Of a stretch of DNA of 59,201 nt, positions 1 through 10,600 are shown piece after piece (position 1 is the stretch's first letter; every line of letters begins with the position of its first letter). Under the pieces are notes generated by a model. It made no database searches. It saw only the letters and a program-made list of their open reading frames with translations, and was not told the origin of the DNA. The stretch comes from Candidatus Woesearchaeota archaeon (GTDB lineage: Archaea > Nanobdellota > Nanobdellia > Woesearchaeales > JABGXB01). The position numbers and the translations under genes were made by a program. The DNA lies in assembly GCA_018675975.1 (NCBI GenBank), contig JABGXB010000001.1, positions 1 through 59,201 on the forward strand, in the 5' to 3' direction.

Positions 1-1888
1 AATTCCAGTTTGCAAAGTCAAATATATTTACATCAACTATATGTGTTCCATTTGAATATTTCACATTATTTAAATCATATTCAATTAATTCATAATCTTG
101 TATTTTTGTTAAAGTTAATTTATCTGTTGTTGCTTTTTTAATATTTGATTGACTAATTATATAATCATTAATTGTTGAATCATATTTTACTAAATAGGAA
201 TTTAAAATATCTTGATATTCATTTCCATTGTGTGTAATATTATAAATTACATTATCTGTAAACCATATTGTATTATTTTCACTAACAAAATAACTTATTT
301 CAATATCATTTAATATATAATAATTTAAATCAATTCCAAATGCATTTAACATTTCATTTTGATTAGTAAAATTTAATACATCTACTCTAATTGTATTATC
401 ATTTTTTGTATAATTAACTGTATCATTATTTGAATTTAAATATTCAAATCCATTTATATTTTCATGAATTAATAATGGTGTGTGATATTCATTCAAAAAA
501 GTCCATGTTGAAAATAATTTTTCAGTATCAAGTAAACCTGAACCATAATCTATATCTTTACCTGTATTTCCTTTATCTATTGAAGTTGATTCTAATAGAT
601 TTTTCATATTAACTTGATTACTTGAGTTTAGTTCTAAAAGCATTGCAATAACAGCACTAACGTGAGGTGCTGCCATAGATGTACCAGTTCTTTCTTCAGA
701 GCCTCCACCTGATTGTGTTGACATAATTTCACTTCCAGGTGCCATTATGTCTGGTTTTATATAAGTAGTATAATCTTTTCTAGAAGAATAACATGCAACA
801 TCATCAAATTCATCAACTGCCCCAACAGTAATTACTGGTTCATAAACAGCTGGACTCATAACACCTTCAAAACCACCACATATACTACTTGATGTACAAG
901 GTCCACAATTACCTGATGCTGCAACTACAATTATTCCCGCTTCAATAGCATCATCTACAGCATTGTGTATAAATTGATCTACTTCTTCAGTACCAAGACT
1001 TAATGAAATAATATTTGCATTATTTTGAACTGACCATGCTATTCCTTTTACTATATTAGTTGTTGTTGATAAACCTAAATTATTTGTAACTTTTGCATTT
1101 AAAAGTTTTGTATCTGTTGCTATATTTGCAACAATTCCTGCAACATGAGTTCCATGTCCAAATTCATCTGTTGATGGACTATCATCTACAAATGATCTTT
1201 CTTCAACTATTTTATTATTAAAAATACTATTATCAGTTATATCAATTCCACTATCAACAATTGCCACTTTAATATTTTTTCCAGTTAATCCATTTTCAAC
1301 TAAAAATTGTGAACCAATTTGTGGTATTGAATCTGTAAGAAATGTTTTATATTTTTTTTCTTCACCAATGTGAATTATATTTTTATTTTTATATAAATTA
1401 TTAATATTTTGTGGATTAATTGAAATACTAATTATATTTCCAAAATCAAATTCTTTTTTTATAATTCCATTATTATTTGTAATTGTTTTTCTAATGCTGT
1501 CATTAATTTTTTCAACAGAAATTAATACATCAATATAATTACTACTTTTATTTTGTATTAATTTGATAATATTATTTTCAATTATTCGATTACTTTTTCT
1601 TTTTTTAGTAATTTCTTTTTGTTTTTCGAATTGCTGATTCTTTAATTCTTGTTCTTCTTTTAATTTATTTATATTTACTTTTTTTGGTTTGTATTTTGAT
1701 TCAAATTTAATTTCTTTTGGAGGTTTTAATTTGAAACCATTTAAATTTAGTTTATTTAATTTTAAATTATTATTTACAGAATAATGATTTTCACTTATTT
1801 TATTAGCAATTCCAATTATTAAAATGGATGATAAAAATATTAATGTGCAAATTATTGCTAAATAAATTTTAATTTCTTTTTTCAACAT
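1..1888 (-). CDS. Secreted or membrane-anchored subtilisin-like S8 serine protease, truncated by the left window edge
   Basis: Not in the ORF track because there is no stop in the window. Manual translation from ATG 1888 (GAGGT SD just upstream) gives an N-terminal hydrophobic helix and catalytic motifs KVAIVDSGID, GHGTHVAG and TGTSMAAPHV. Confidence 0.93.
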   Translation of the reverse strand, partial: MLKKEIKIYLAIICTLIFLSSILIIGIANKISENHYSVNNNLKLNKLNLNGFKLKPPKEIKFESKYKPKKVNINKLKEEQELKNQQFEKQKEITKKRKSNRIIENNIIKLIQNKSSNYIDVLISVEKINDSIRKTITNNNGIIKKEFDFGNIISISINPQNINNLYKNKNIIHIGEEKKYKTFLTDSIPQIGSQFLVENGLTGKNIKVAIVDSGIDITDNSIFNNKIVEERSFVDDSPSTDEFGHGTHVAGIVANIATDTKLLNAKVTNNLGLSTTTNIVKGIAWSVQNNANIISLSLGTEEVDQFIHNAVDDAIEAGIIVVAASGNCGPCTSSSICGGFEGVMSPAVYEPVITVGAVDEFDDVACYSSRKDYTTYIKPDIMAPGSEIMSTQSGGGSEERTGTSMAAPHVSAVIAMLLELNSSNQVNMKNLLESTSIDKGNTGKDIDYGSGLLDTEKLFSTWTFLNEYHTPLLIHENINGFEYLNSNNDTVNYTKNDNTIRVDVLNFTNQNEMLNAFGIDLNYYILNDIEISYFVSENNTIWFTDNVIYNITHNGNEYQDILNSYLVKYDSTINDYIISQSNIKKATTDKLTLTKIQDYELIEYDLNNVKYSNGTHIVDVNIFDFANWN

Positions 1889-2072
1889 GTACCTCTGTTT
1901 TAATAACTTATTAGTGGTGACTAAATTGTGCTCTATAAATCTTTTGTTTTTTTGTTTATATTGTCGTTTATTTATAAATATTTATTTGTATAATTATAGT
2001 TTTTTATATAATAAAGCTCATTTTAACTTTTATTTTGTTATTTTAGTCATATTTTTGCTTATTTTTTGTTTT

Positions 2073-3023
2073 TTATTCTTTTTTTTTAATTAATAATTTA
2101 GGATATGCAATTGACCAAAATATCGTAAAATATAATAAAAATAAGACCCATCCAGCATTTGTATGAAATAATCCTAAACTTAAACTACTATTATATACTC
2201 CTATAATTAATAATATCAATATTCTTAATAAAATTATCACAAAAATGCCTATTATGCCAATAAAATAATAAACAATTACTTTTTTTTTATTTAATAAATC
2301 AAAATCTAAAGATAAAAATATAAAAAATAGAGATGAAAATAAAATTAAACTATCTGTTCCAGAACATAATGCAGTTATACTTACTCCAAAATTTTCTATA
2401 TATATAGATGGTGCTAAATTTGTTAAATCAATTGTAATATTATATCCTAAAAATGTTAAAATCATTTGTGAAATGTTTGCCATAAAATTTGCTATGTGAA
2501 ACCAAAGCAAATTACCAACACTAACAATGAAAATGATAACTAATGAAAGTGAAGCTGAGAGAATGAAATCCCCATATCTTTTTTTTATATGATGAATTCC
2601 ATAAAAATTAATACATAATAGTATGAAAAATATTAATGTAAATATATTAATTAAAATTTTATTTACTAAAAATAATGAAATTATAAAAATGATTATGGTA
2701 AAAACAATTAAATAGTAATCTAACTTGATATATTTTAATTTGAATTTAAAATCTTTTTTTGATATGAATGAAAATATTAATATTATGAATATATATAAAA
2801 AAATATTTGTAAAAAAATTCTGAAAACCTAAACTTGCAAGTTTATAATCTATATAATTTGTTCTTAAATAGGGTATATATGTAAAATTTAAATTTCTTAA
2901 ATAAAATGTTGTTATTAATGTAAATGTTAAAGCTAAGATTTTTAAAATGTTTTTAGTTAAATTTTTATTTTCACTATTATTAATATTTTTATTATTAGTT
3001 CTGTTTTTATTATTTTCTTCCAT
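2073..3023 (-). CDS. Archaeosortase/exosortase-family transpeptidase (ArtC-like, probable PEF-CTERM processing)
   Basis: Multi-TM protein with a Cys/Arg/His triad in family context: ITALCSG, ILLRILIL, LFHTNAGW. Confidence 0.85.
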   Translation of the reverse strand: MEENNKNRTNNKNINNSENKNLTKNILKILALTFTLITTFYLRNLNFTYIPYLRTNYIDYKLASLGFQNFFTNIFLYIFIILIFSFISKKDFKFKLKYIKLDYYLIVFTIIIFIISLFLVNKILINIFTLIFFILLCINFYGIHHIKKRYGDFILSASLSLVIIFIVSVGNLLWFHIANFMANISQMILTFLGYNITIDLTNLAPSIYIENFGVSITALCSGTDSLILFSSLFFIFLSLDFDLLNKKKVIVYYFIGIIGIFVIILLRILILLIIGVYNSSLSLGLFHTNAGWVLFLLYFTIFWSIAYPKLLIKKKE

Positions 3024-3045
3024 TATTTTAAAAAATAAAGAACAA

Positions 3046-3055
3046 ATTTATAAAT
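3046..3055. promoter_or_regulatory. Palindromic TATA box probably shared by two divergent leaderless genes
   Basis: ATTTATAAAT; the TTTATAAA core (3047-3054) is 23 nt from ATG 3023 (-) and 22 nt from ATG 3077 (+). Confidence 0.6.
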
Positions 3056-3076
3056 GCTTATTTGTAAATTTATTAT

Positions 3077-4249
3077 ATGACTTTAATTAAGGCAGCTTCT
3101 GCATTTTCAATATTTTTTCAAAATAATTGGGGTGTTATATTATTTTATTTATTTGTAGTTTTAATAATATATTCTTATAGAAGAAAGTTTGATGTTCATT
3201 TGGGATTTATAGCATTATTTAGAACCAAATGGGGATTAAAATCCATGGATAAATATGCAAAAAAATATCCTAAATTATTAAGATTTATTGGAGATTTGGG
3301 AATTGTTGTTGGTTTTTCTGGAATGGTATTAATGTTTTGGTTTTTAGCAGATGGTGTATATAAGTTTTTTTTAAATCCAAAAGCAGATGCAGTAGTTGCA
3401 GTAGTTATTCCAGGACTTAATATTGCTGGAAGTCCTTTAAATGGACTTAGTTTGGGTATGGGTTTATTGATTATTTTTTTAGTAGCTTCATTTCATGAAT
3501 TTGGTCATGGAGTAATTAGTAGATTATATAATATAAAAGTTAGAGCAAGTGGTATTGTTTTTTTTGGACCTATTCTTGGTGCATTTGTTGAACCAGATCA
3601 AAAAGATTTAGCAAAAGTTAGTGATAATGCAAAATTAGCAATGTATTCGGCTGGACCTTTTTTTAATGTGATAATGACATTATTTGTACTTTTATTAATT
3701 TCATCAATGAGTTTTTTTGGGATGACGTGGACTGCTTATCAACCAGCATATATTGGTGAAGTTGTACCAAATTCAACATTATATTACGCAGGTATAGAAA
3801 AAGGAGAGACTATAACAGCTATTAATAATAATAAAATAGAAAATATTGATTCGTTAATTCATGAATTAAATGATATTTCAGTTAATGATACTATTTTTAT
3901 TGAAACAGATAAAGGTATTAAAGAAACTAATGTTCTTTCCAGACCAAGTATGCCTGATGTTCCTTTTCTAGGCATTGAGTTTACAAGAACAAATTTTATT
4001 AGTAAATTATTGCATAAAATATTTACATTTTTAATGTATTTAGCAATGATTTCTTTAGGTATTGGAACTGCAAATTTACTTCCATTTGGTCCATTAGATG
4101 GAGGACGTATGCTACATAATAGATTATTTCATTGGTTTGGTAAAAAAAATGAATCTGCTGCATTAAAATGCTTTAGTATTATTAGTTCAATTGTATTATT
4201 GATGTTATTAGTAACAATATTTGGACCATTATTTGGTTTATTTATGTAA
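3077..4249 (+). CDS. Site-2 protease (M50) with PDZ domain
   Basis: HEFGH zinc motif, GAFVEP, AGPFFN, NLLPFGPLDGG; PDZ-like segment GIEKGETITAINN. Confidence 0.93.
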   Translation: MTLIKAASAFSIFFQNNWGVILFYLFVVLIIYSYRRKFDVHLGFIALFRTKWGLKSMDKYAKKYPKLLRFIGDLGIVVGFSGMVLMFWFLADGVYKFFLNPKADAVVAVVIPGLNIAGSPLNGLSLGMGLLIIFLVASFHEFGHGVISRLYNIKVRASGIVFFGPILGAFVEPDQKDLAKVSDNAKLAMYSAGPFFNVIMTLFVLLLISSMSFFGMTWTAYQPAYIGEVVPNSTLYYAGIEKGETITAINNNKIENIDSLIHELNDISVNDTIFIETDKGIKETNVLSRPSMPDVPFLGIEFTRTNFISKLLHKIFTFLMYLAMISLGIGTANLLPFGPLDGGRMLHNRLFHWFGKKNESAALKCFSIISSIVLLMLLVTIFGPLFGLFM

Positions 4250-4352
4250 TTATTATTTTTTAATTTTAATTAGATTATTCATTTTTTTATTTATAGTATT
4301 TGAATTGGGTTAATTTTATAAATTTGCAATATACGTTAATTGTAGAGGTAGC

Positions 4353-4718
4353 ATGAAAAAAAAGATTCTAATAGTGGAAGATGATGATAATATTTTGAAC
4401 TTATTGAATATTATTTTATCTGAAGATTATGAAACTAAATTGGCAAGAAATGGCAAAGAAGCTTTGGATTGTTTAAATGATTTTTATCCTGATTTAATTA
4501 TTTTAGATATAATGATGGAAGTTATGGATGGAATTACTGCACTTCAAAAAATAAAAGAGAATGAAAATACAAAATCAATAAAAGTTGTAATGTTATCGGC
4601 TAAATGTCAAAAGTCTGATATGATTGTGGCTAAAGAATATGGAGCTGTCGATTTTATAACAAAACCTTTTGATCCTGTTCAGTTAAAGGAAATGGTTAAA
4701 GATTTGATTTTAAAGTGA
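4353..4718 (+). CDS. Stand-alone response regulator receiver (CheY-like)
   Basis: ILIVEDD, DLIILDIMM (phospho-Asp), MLSA, ITKPFD; GAGG SD upstream. Confidence 0.95.
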   Translation: MKKKILIVEDDDNILNLLNIILSEDYETKLARNGKEALDCLNDFYPDLIILDIMMEVMDGITALQKIKENENTKSIKVVMLSAKCQKSDMIVAKEYGAVDFITKPFDPVQLKEMVKDLILK

Positions 4719-7477
4719 ATTTTAATATACTTTCTTTTGGTCAATGTTTTATTGATCTTTATGGTAGCAAATTAGATCAAAATTATGTTAGTTTAAATTA
4801 TAATTTAAGACTTGGTGGTGGTTCTGGTATTTTTGCTATTGCATGTTCAAGGTTTGGACATAATTGTGGTTTAGTATCAACATTTAGTACTGATTCTTTT
4901 GGGCAGTTTTTAATCAATATGTTTCATAAAGAAAAAGTAGATTTAAAATATACTGATATGACTGAACAGAGAACTCCTTTAGAATTTGTTGAAAGTTCTA
5001 AAAGTTTTACAGATTACAAATTTTATGACAAAAATCCATCTCCATTTAAAATTAATGAAAATAAAATTGATTTTAATATATTTAACAAAATTAAAGTATT
5101 TTATTTTACATCTTTTATATTAACTGATAATGATAATTATGATATATTATTAAAATGTATTAATTGTGCTAAAAAAAATAATGTTTTAATTTATTTTAAT
5201 TTAGATTTTCGTTCCAGAATTCATAAAACTGATAATTTTTATAAAAGAGTAATTGAAATTTTAAAACAAACAGATTTTGTAATTTCTAATATAACTGATT
5301 TTCAACAATTATTTAAAAATAATAATGAAAAAATTTTAACAAATAAATTAATTAATTTTGGTTTAAAAAAAATAATTTATACTTATGGTAAAAAAGGTGC
5401 ACATTTAATTAATTGTGATGGTAGTGAATATAAAACTAAAATTGTTTATGATCTTCCTGCTAAAGATAGAACTGGGGCTGGAGATATTTTTGCAGCAAAA
5501 TTTATTTGTAATTATATGGATGGTTTTTCTGATGAAAATAATTTAAATATATGTCATAAAATTGCAGCTTTTTCTACAATGAAATATGGTGCTATAGAAT
5601 CAATTCCAAAAGATGATGAATTAGAATTATTAAATAAAATAAATTCAGATGATGATTTATTATTTGATGATACTAATTTCTTATTGAATTTAATTGACAA
5701 AAATAAAAATAAACTATTTTTTTCTAATTTTTTAAAAGAAAAACATTCAAATGACAGTCTTATTATAACTCAAAAAACATATTCAAAAATTAAGAAATAT
5801 ATAAATAAAGCATCAAGCAATATAATTTATATGACTAATTCTCCTAAAAATAAACAGAGTTATTTACCAACCAGACTAGAGCAATTATTTTTTATTATAA
5901 ATTTATTTTCTATAAAACACAAAGGTGGATTTATTTTAATAGAGTGTTTAGATTTTTTATTAAAACATAATTCTTTAACAAAAGTAATTTATTTTTTAAG
6001 ACAAATAGCAGATTTATCAATAATGACTAATATTCGTTTTGCATTATTAGTTGATTATACAAAATTATCTGATGATGTTATTTATGAGTTAAAAAATTAT
6101 CAAAATAAATTTAAAAAAGCTCAACATCATAGAGAAGATAGTTCATTAATTGATTTTAAAGGAAAATTTTTAAAAAGTAATTTAGAAGGAAATTTAGTTG
6201 ATGTAAAAGATAAAGATGAATTATTTAAAAGAATTAAAGATACTTTACGTGATATATATGATTATTCTTTTGTTAATATATTTTTATTTGATGGAAATGT
6301 TTTAGTTAATACAAATAAGCATGCAAAAAGGCGTTTTATACATTTAAATAGTGATAATATTTTTAAAAAATGTGTTGATGATAATAGGGAAATTGTAATC
6401 AATTCATTAAATGATGATCTTTATTATAAAAATAAAAAAATTGGGGATGATTTAGAAACTGTTTCGACTATTTATTTTGGGTCTGATTTTATTCCAACTG
6501 TAATAGTTCCAGTTGGTAAAGAGCAATTATTAGGTGTTGTTGAATTATCTAAAAATAAAAAAATTAAATTAGATAGTGAAGAATATAATGAAATATTATA
6601 TTTTATTAAAAATTCTTTTTTTTTAGCAGAAATATTTATTTTAAAAGAACATGCTACTAAAACAAGTAAACGTCTTAAAGAATCTGATGAATTAAAAAAT
6701 AATTTTATATCAATGATTTCACATGAGCTTAGAACTCCATTAACTAGTATACGTGGTTATACTAGTATATTAAAAACAAATAAAAATAATAATTTTAATA
6801 AAAATCAAGAGGATATATTAACAATTATAGAAAAAGAAACATCAAATTTAACATCAATTATTAATGATTTACTTGACGTATCAAAAATTGAAAGTGGTAA
6901 ATTAGATTTATTTTTAGATAATGAGAATTTAAAAGATATTATAAAAGATGCAATTAAAATTATGGAAGGTTTTGCATTTGAAAAAGGTGTTAGTTTAGAA
7001 TTTGAAAAAGTATTTAAAGTAATAGTTAATGTGGATTGTAGTAGAATTCATCAAATATTTACAAATTTATTGAATAATGCAATTAAATTTTCTTATCCTG
7101 GAACTTCGATTAAAATAAATATGTCATTACATAAATTAACTGGTAAAACTATTAAATCATTACAAAAGAAATTTGATAGTGATGATAATAATTTTGATGT
7201 TAAATTATTAAATATTTCAAATGAGGAAGTTAAAGATTTTGTTTGTGTGGAAATTGGAGATACTGGTATTGGTATAGAAAATAAAAATATTTCTCTTTTA
7301 TTTGATAAATTTTTTCAAGTTTCGAATCATTTAACTAGATCAACTACTGGTACTGGTCTTGGTTTGAGTATTGTTAAATATTTAATTGAATTACATAATG
7401 GATTTATTGATGTTGAGAGTGAAATTAATAAAGGTAGTCAATTTAAGGTTTATTTTCCTTTAATTGATGAAAATTAA
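4715..7477 (+). CDS. Hybrid sensor: PfkB carbohydrate kinase + DUF835-like + GAF-like + HisKA + HATPase_c histidine kinase
   Basis: PfkB motifs GQCFID, DSFGQ, TYGKKG, DRTGAGDIF; DUF835-like ILIECLDFLLKHN; H-box SHELRTPL, N-box NLLNNAIKF, DTGIG, GTGLGL; GTGA overlap with the receiver stop. Confidence 0.88.
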   Translation: MNFNILSFGQCFIDLYGSKLDQNYVSLNYNLRLGGGSGIFAIACSRFGHNCGLVSTFSTDSFGQFLINMFHKEKVDLKYTDMTEQRTPLEFVESSKSFTDYKFYDKNPSPFKINENKIDFNIFNKIKVFYFTSFILTDNDNYDILLKCINCAKKNNVLIYFNLDFRSRIHKTDNFYKRVIEILKQTDFVISNITDFQQLFKNNNEKILTNKLINFGLKKIIYTYGKKGAHLINCDGSEYKTKIVYDLPAKDRTGAGDIFAAKFICNYMDGFSDENNLNICHKIAAFSTMKYGAIESIPKDDELELLNKINSDDDLLFDDTNFLLNLIDKNKNKLFFSNFLKEKHSNDSLIITQKTYSKIKKYINKASSNIIYMTNSPKNKQSYLPTRLEQLFFIINLFSIKHKGGFILIECLDFLLKHNSLTKVIYFLRQIADLSIMTNIRFALLVDYTKLSDDVIYELKNYQNKFKKAQHHREDSSLIDFKGKFLKSNLEGNLVDVKDKDELFKRIKDTLRDIYDYSFVNIFLFDGNVLVNTNKHAKRRFIHLNSDNIFKKCVDDNREIVINSLNDDLYYKNKKIGDDLETVSTIYFGSDFIPTVIVPVGKEQLLGVVELSKNKKIKLDSEEYNEILYFIKNSFFLAEIFILKEHATKTSKRLKESDELKNNFISMISHELRTPLTSIRGYTSILKTNKNNNFNKNQEDILTIIEKETSNLTSIINDLLDVSKIESGKLDLFLDNENLKDIIKDAIKIMEGFAFEKGVSLEFEKVFKVIVNVDCSRIHQIFTNLLNNAIKFSYPGTSIKINMSLHKLTGKTIKSLQKKFDSDDNNFDVKLLNISNEEVKDFVCVEIGDTGIGIENKNISLLFDKFFQVSNHLTRSTTGTGLGLSIVKYLIELHNGFIDVESEINKGSQFKVYFPLIDEN

Positions 7478-7531
7478 ATTTTTAAAAATATATACTATAA
7501 TTTTATATACGTGTTTTTATATTAATTTATT

Positions 7532-8233
7532 ATGAATAAACAGTATTCTACATATGTATCCAGAAATGAAAATTTGAATCAAATTAAACCTGTATTAGAT
7601 AAAGCTCTTGAAAGTTTTTTGGGTGTTAAAATAGATAAAATTTCTAATGAAATTTTAGAAAAATTAGTGAAAAATAATTTAAATATTGATTTTTTAGATA
7701 GTTGGAGTTTAGAAGAAGCAAAGTTTAATTTTAAAAAAGATTATTTAATTAAAGTTTTAAGAGAATTTAATGGAAATATATCTAAAGCTTCGACAATTAG
7801 TGGAATTGATAGAAGAACTATTCATAGATTGATTATTCAATTTAATATTGATATAGAAGAATTTAGAAATTTACCATATCATTTTTCAAAAAAAAAAATT
7901 GATGATTATATTAAATTTGTAGCTGGAGATGTTTTAAAACAATATTCACTTACTGAAAAAAAAAGTGAATTAATTTATGGTTTACCTACTGATGAATTAG
8001 TAAAAGTTATTAAAAAACCATTTCCAAAAATGGAAGATGCATATGATTTTTTTGAATATAAATTTTTAGTAGCAGTTATTTTAAAAAATGATAAAGTATT
8101 GAAAGATGTTTGTAAACAATTAAAAATAGCAAGAGAGACTTTGAGTAGAAAAATTTCTAAACATAAAATTAATATTAAAGATTTAAATATGGATTTTAAA
8201 GAAAATAATATAAAATTAGAAGAATTAATTTAA
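7532..8233 (+). CDS. Protein with two Fis/NtrC-type (HTH_8) helix-turn-helix domains
   Basis: SLEEAKFNFKKDYLIKVLREFNGNISKASTISGIDRRTIHRLI and MEDAYDFFEYKFLVAVI...CKQLKIARETLSRKI. Confidence 0.8.
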   Translation: MNKQYSTYVSRNENLNQIKPVLDKALESFLGVKIDKISNEILEKLVKNNLNIDFLDSWSLEEAKFNFKKDYLIKVLREFNGNISKASTISGIDRRTIHRLIIQFNIDIEEFRNLPYHFSKKKIDDYIKFVAGDVLKQYSLTEKKSELIYGLPTDELVKVIKKPFPKMEDAYDFFEYKFLVAVILKNDKVLKDVCKQLKIARETLSRKISKHKINIKDLNMDFKENNIKLEELI

Positions 8234-8245
8234 AATAACTATTTT

Positions 8246-8261
8246 TGTCAAAATTGTCACA
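8246..8261 (+). promoter_or_regulatory. Putative regulator-binding site TGTC-N5-TGTCACA (TGT-N10-ACA)
   Basis: TGTCAAAATTGTCACA, 26 nt upstream of TTTATAAA (8288-8295); a second copy at 11971-11986 has the same spacing. Confidence 0.55.
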
Positions 8262-8339
8262 GAAATCTATATGTTATAGTATAATTATTTATAAACAAAA
8301 TATGTATTGGTAGAATAAGAATTACTAAGAGGAATAAAC

Positions 8340-8588
8340 ATGGACGAAATTCAAAAAGCAGAACAAATAGGTGTACATAAAGGTGCATTAGCTACTCTTG
8401 CGAAAGAAAGAGAAGAATTAGCTAAAATGATAGGTGTAGTTGAACAAATAATTCAAATGCATGTAAAAGCATTAAAAGAACTTGGTGTAGATTTAGAAGC
8501 TCAAGCAAAAGAAATGGCTGAAAAAGCTAAATCTGAAAGTAATACTGAACCTAAATCAAGTGCAAATAGTTTAGAAGATCAGTTATAA
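8340..8588 (+). CDS. Small helical hypothetical protein
   Basis: 82-aa ORF with GAGG SD and upstream TATA; coiled-coil-like sequence. Confidence 0.8.
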   Translation: MDEIQKAEQIGVHKGALATLAKEREELAKMIGVVEQIIQMHVKALKELGVDLEAQAKEMAEKAKSESNTEPKSSANSLEDQL

Positions 8589-8671
8589 TTATTGAATTTT
8601 TTATTAGTTTTTTTATATTTTTATTAGTTTTTTTTAGTAATATTTAAATATTTAAATTTTTGTTTAATAAT

Positions 8672-9679
8672 ATGTTAAAAATAGGAAAAGTTAAATTAAG
8701 TTCTCCTGTAGTCTTAGCTCCAATGGCTGGTCTTTGTAATGTGCCTTTTAGAACTATTTGTTCAAGATATGGTGCAGGTTTAACTGTTTCTGAAATGATC
8801 AATGTAAATAGTATTTTATCTAATAAAACAAGAGCTTTAAATCAATGTATTACAAGTGATGAAGAAAGGCCTTTGAGTATGCAAATATTTGGAATTGATC
8901 TTAATAAAATTTCAGATGCTTGTAAATTTTTACAAAAGAAGAAAATAATTGATTTTAATGATAAAAAATTGAGTGTAGGTGGTCCAGATATATTTGATTT
9001 TAATTTTGGTTGTCCAGTAAAGCATATAACAGATCAAGGTTTTGGTGCCGCTTATATGAGAGATCCTAATAAAATTTATGATATAATAAAAACCATGTCA
9101 GAATCTACTAAAATTCCTATTAGTGCTAAAATGAGAACTGGTATTAATTCAAATTCAGTTAATTGTATTGAATGTGCAAAAAAAATGGAAGAGGCAGGTG
9201 CTAGTATGATTGCATTACATGCAAGAACACAACAACAAATGTATAGTGGGAAAGCTAATTGGGATATGATAAAGAAAGTAAAAAAAGTTGTTAGTATACC
9301 AGTAATTGGAAATGGTGATATTAAATCTGGTGTGGATGTAGAAAATATGATGGCTCAAACTGATTGTGATGGTGTAATGATTGCAAGAGCCGCTATTGGA
9401 AATCCATTTATTTTTAAACATATAAATCATTATTTAAAAAATAATGAAGTATTAGATTTTCCTTCAATAAAAGAAAAAGTAGATTGTTATATGGAATTTG
9501 TGGAACTTGCAAAAAAATATAATTATTTTAATTTTTCATATTTAAAATTACAAGCAATTAATTTTACTAAAGGTTTATCGGGTTCAAAATTAATTAGGGA
9601 TAAAATAGTAAAATGTAAAAACTTTGATCAATTGATTAATATTTTAAATGATTATAAAAATCATTCTTCTTCTTTATGA
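8672..9679 (+). CDS. dusB: tRNA-dihydrouridine synthase (DusB-like)
   Basis: LAPMAG, NFGCP, ALHART, IGNGDI, GVMIARAAIGNP; ATG 8672 preferred over TTG 8660. Confidence 0.93.
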   Translation: MLKIGKVKLSSPVVLAPMAGLCNVPFRTICSRYGAGLTVSEMINVNSILSNKTRALNQCITSDEERPLSMQIFGIDLNKISDACKFLQKKKIIDFNDKKLSVGGPDIFDFNFGCPVKHITDQGFGAAYMRDPNKIYDIIKTMSESTKIPISAKMRTGINSNSVNCIECAKKMEEAGASMIALHARTQQQMYSGKANWDMIKKVKKVVSIPVIGNGDIKSGVDVENMMAQTDCDGVMIARAAIGNPFIFKHINHYLKNNEVLDFPSIKEKVDCYMEFVELAKKYNYFNFSYLKLQAINFTKGLSGSKLIRDKIVKCKNFDQLINILNDYKNHSSSL

Positions 9680-10599
9680 TCTTTTTTATAATTAATCCAA
9701 TTTTTATCTTTTCTTGAATATTTTTTAAATTCATAATATTTTAAAACTTCATTTATTGCTTTTTTATACCAAACTTTATTTTTTTTACTAACTTCATTTA
9801 ATTTTTTTGGATCATAATATCTTACTAAATTTAATTCTAAAAAATTTTGTCTTTCTTTATCTGTAGTATTAAATTGTCTTTGTTGACTTTTTAATGTAAT
9901 TAATTCGATTACAATAAAAATTATTAAAATCCAATATATTATAATTCCAAATTTTATATAATCTAATCTTAGTAAAAAATCTAAAAGTATAATTAAACTT
10001 AAAATTGGACTTGCAAGTAAAGAAATTTTTAATGCTTTTTTTACATTCATATTATTTAATTTAAATAATTGTGATAATGTCATTAAAACAATAAATGTTA
10101 ATAAAATTGTAGTATACACAATAAAAAATGCTTGAGTAATGAGTATTATTAAAATTCCTGGGGAAATTAATAAAAAAATACCATAAATAAAATTATTAAT
10201 TTTATTTTTGCTTATTTGATTTATATTTTTTAAACTAGATGAATTAATTTTTTCAGTTATTTCATTAAATTCTATATCTCCACTTAAGACTTCAAAATTG
10301 TATTTATATATATTTGAAATATATGATTTATTTTCAATTGTTTTTGTAATTTGTTCTTTTGTTATAAATAAATTACTGTCATTTTTATAATTTAATTTAA
10401 AATAAACATTATCTACTGAATTAATGAAATTTTCAATTTCATAACTCATATTGATTACATTTGGAACATTTAATAATATTAATATTACTGAGAACATCAA
10501 AAATATTTTTAAAGAAAATTTAAAGCAATTCATTCTACTTTTAATTAATAAATCCTTATACTTTCTTGGAATTAATGTTCTTTTTAAATCTTCTATCAT
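9661..10599 (-). CDS. Membrane protein of unknown function
   Basis: Several hydrophobic segments; directly follows the HIT pair in an apparent operon. Confidence 0.7.
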   Translation of the reverse strand: MIEDLKRTLIPRKYKDLLIKSRMNCFKFSLKIFLMFSVILILLNVPNVINMSYEIENFINSVDNVYFKLNYKNDSNLFITKEQITKTIENKSYISNIYKYNFEVLSGDIEFNEITEKINSSSLKNINQISKNKINNFIYGIFLLISPGILIILITQAFFIVYTTILLTFIVLMTLSQLFKLNNMNVKKALKISLLASPILSLIILLDFLLRLDYIKFGIIIYWILIIFIVIELITLKSQQRQFNTTDKERQNFLELNLVRYYDPKKLNEVSKKNKVWYKKAINEVLKYYEFKKYSRKDKNWINYKKDHKEEE

Positions 10600-10600
10600 T

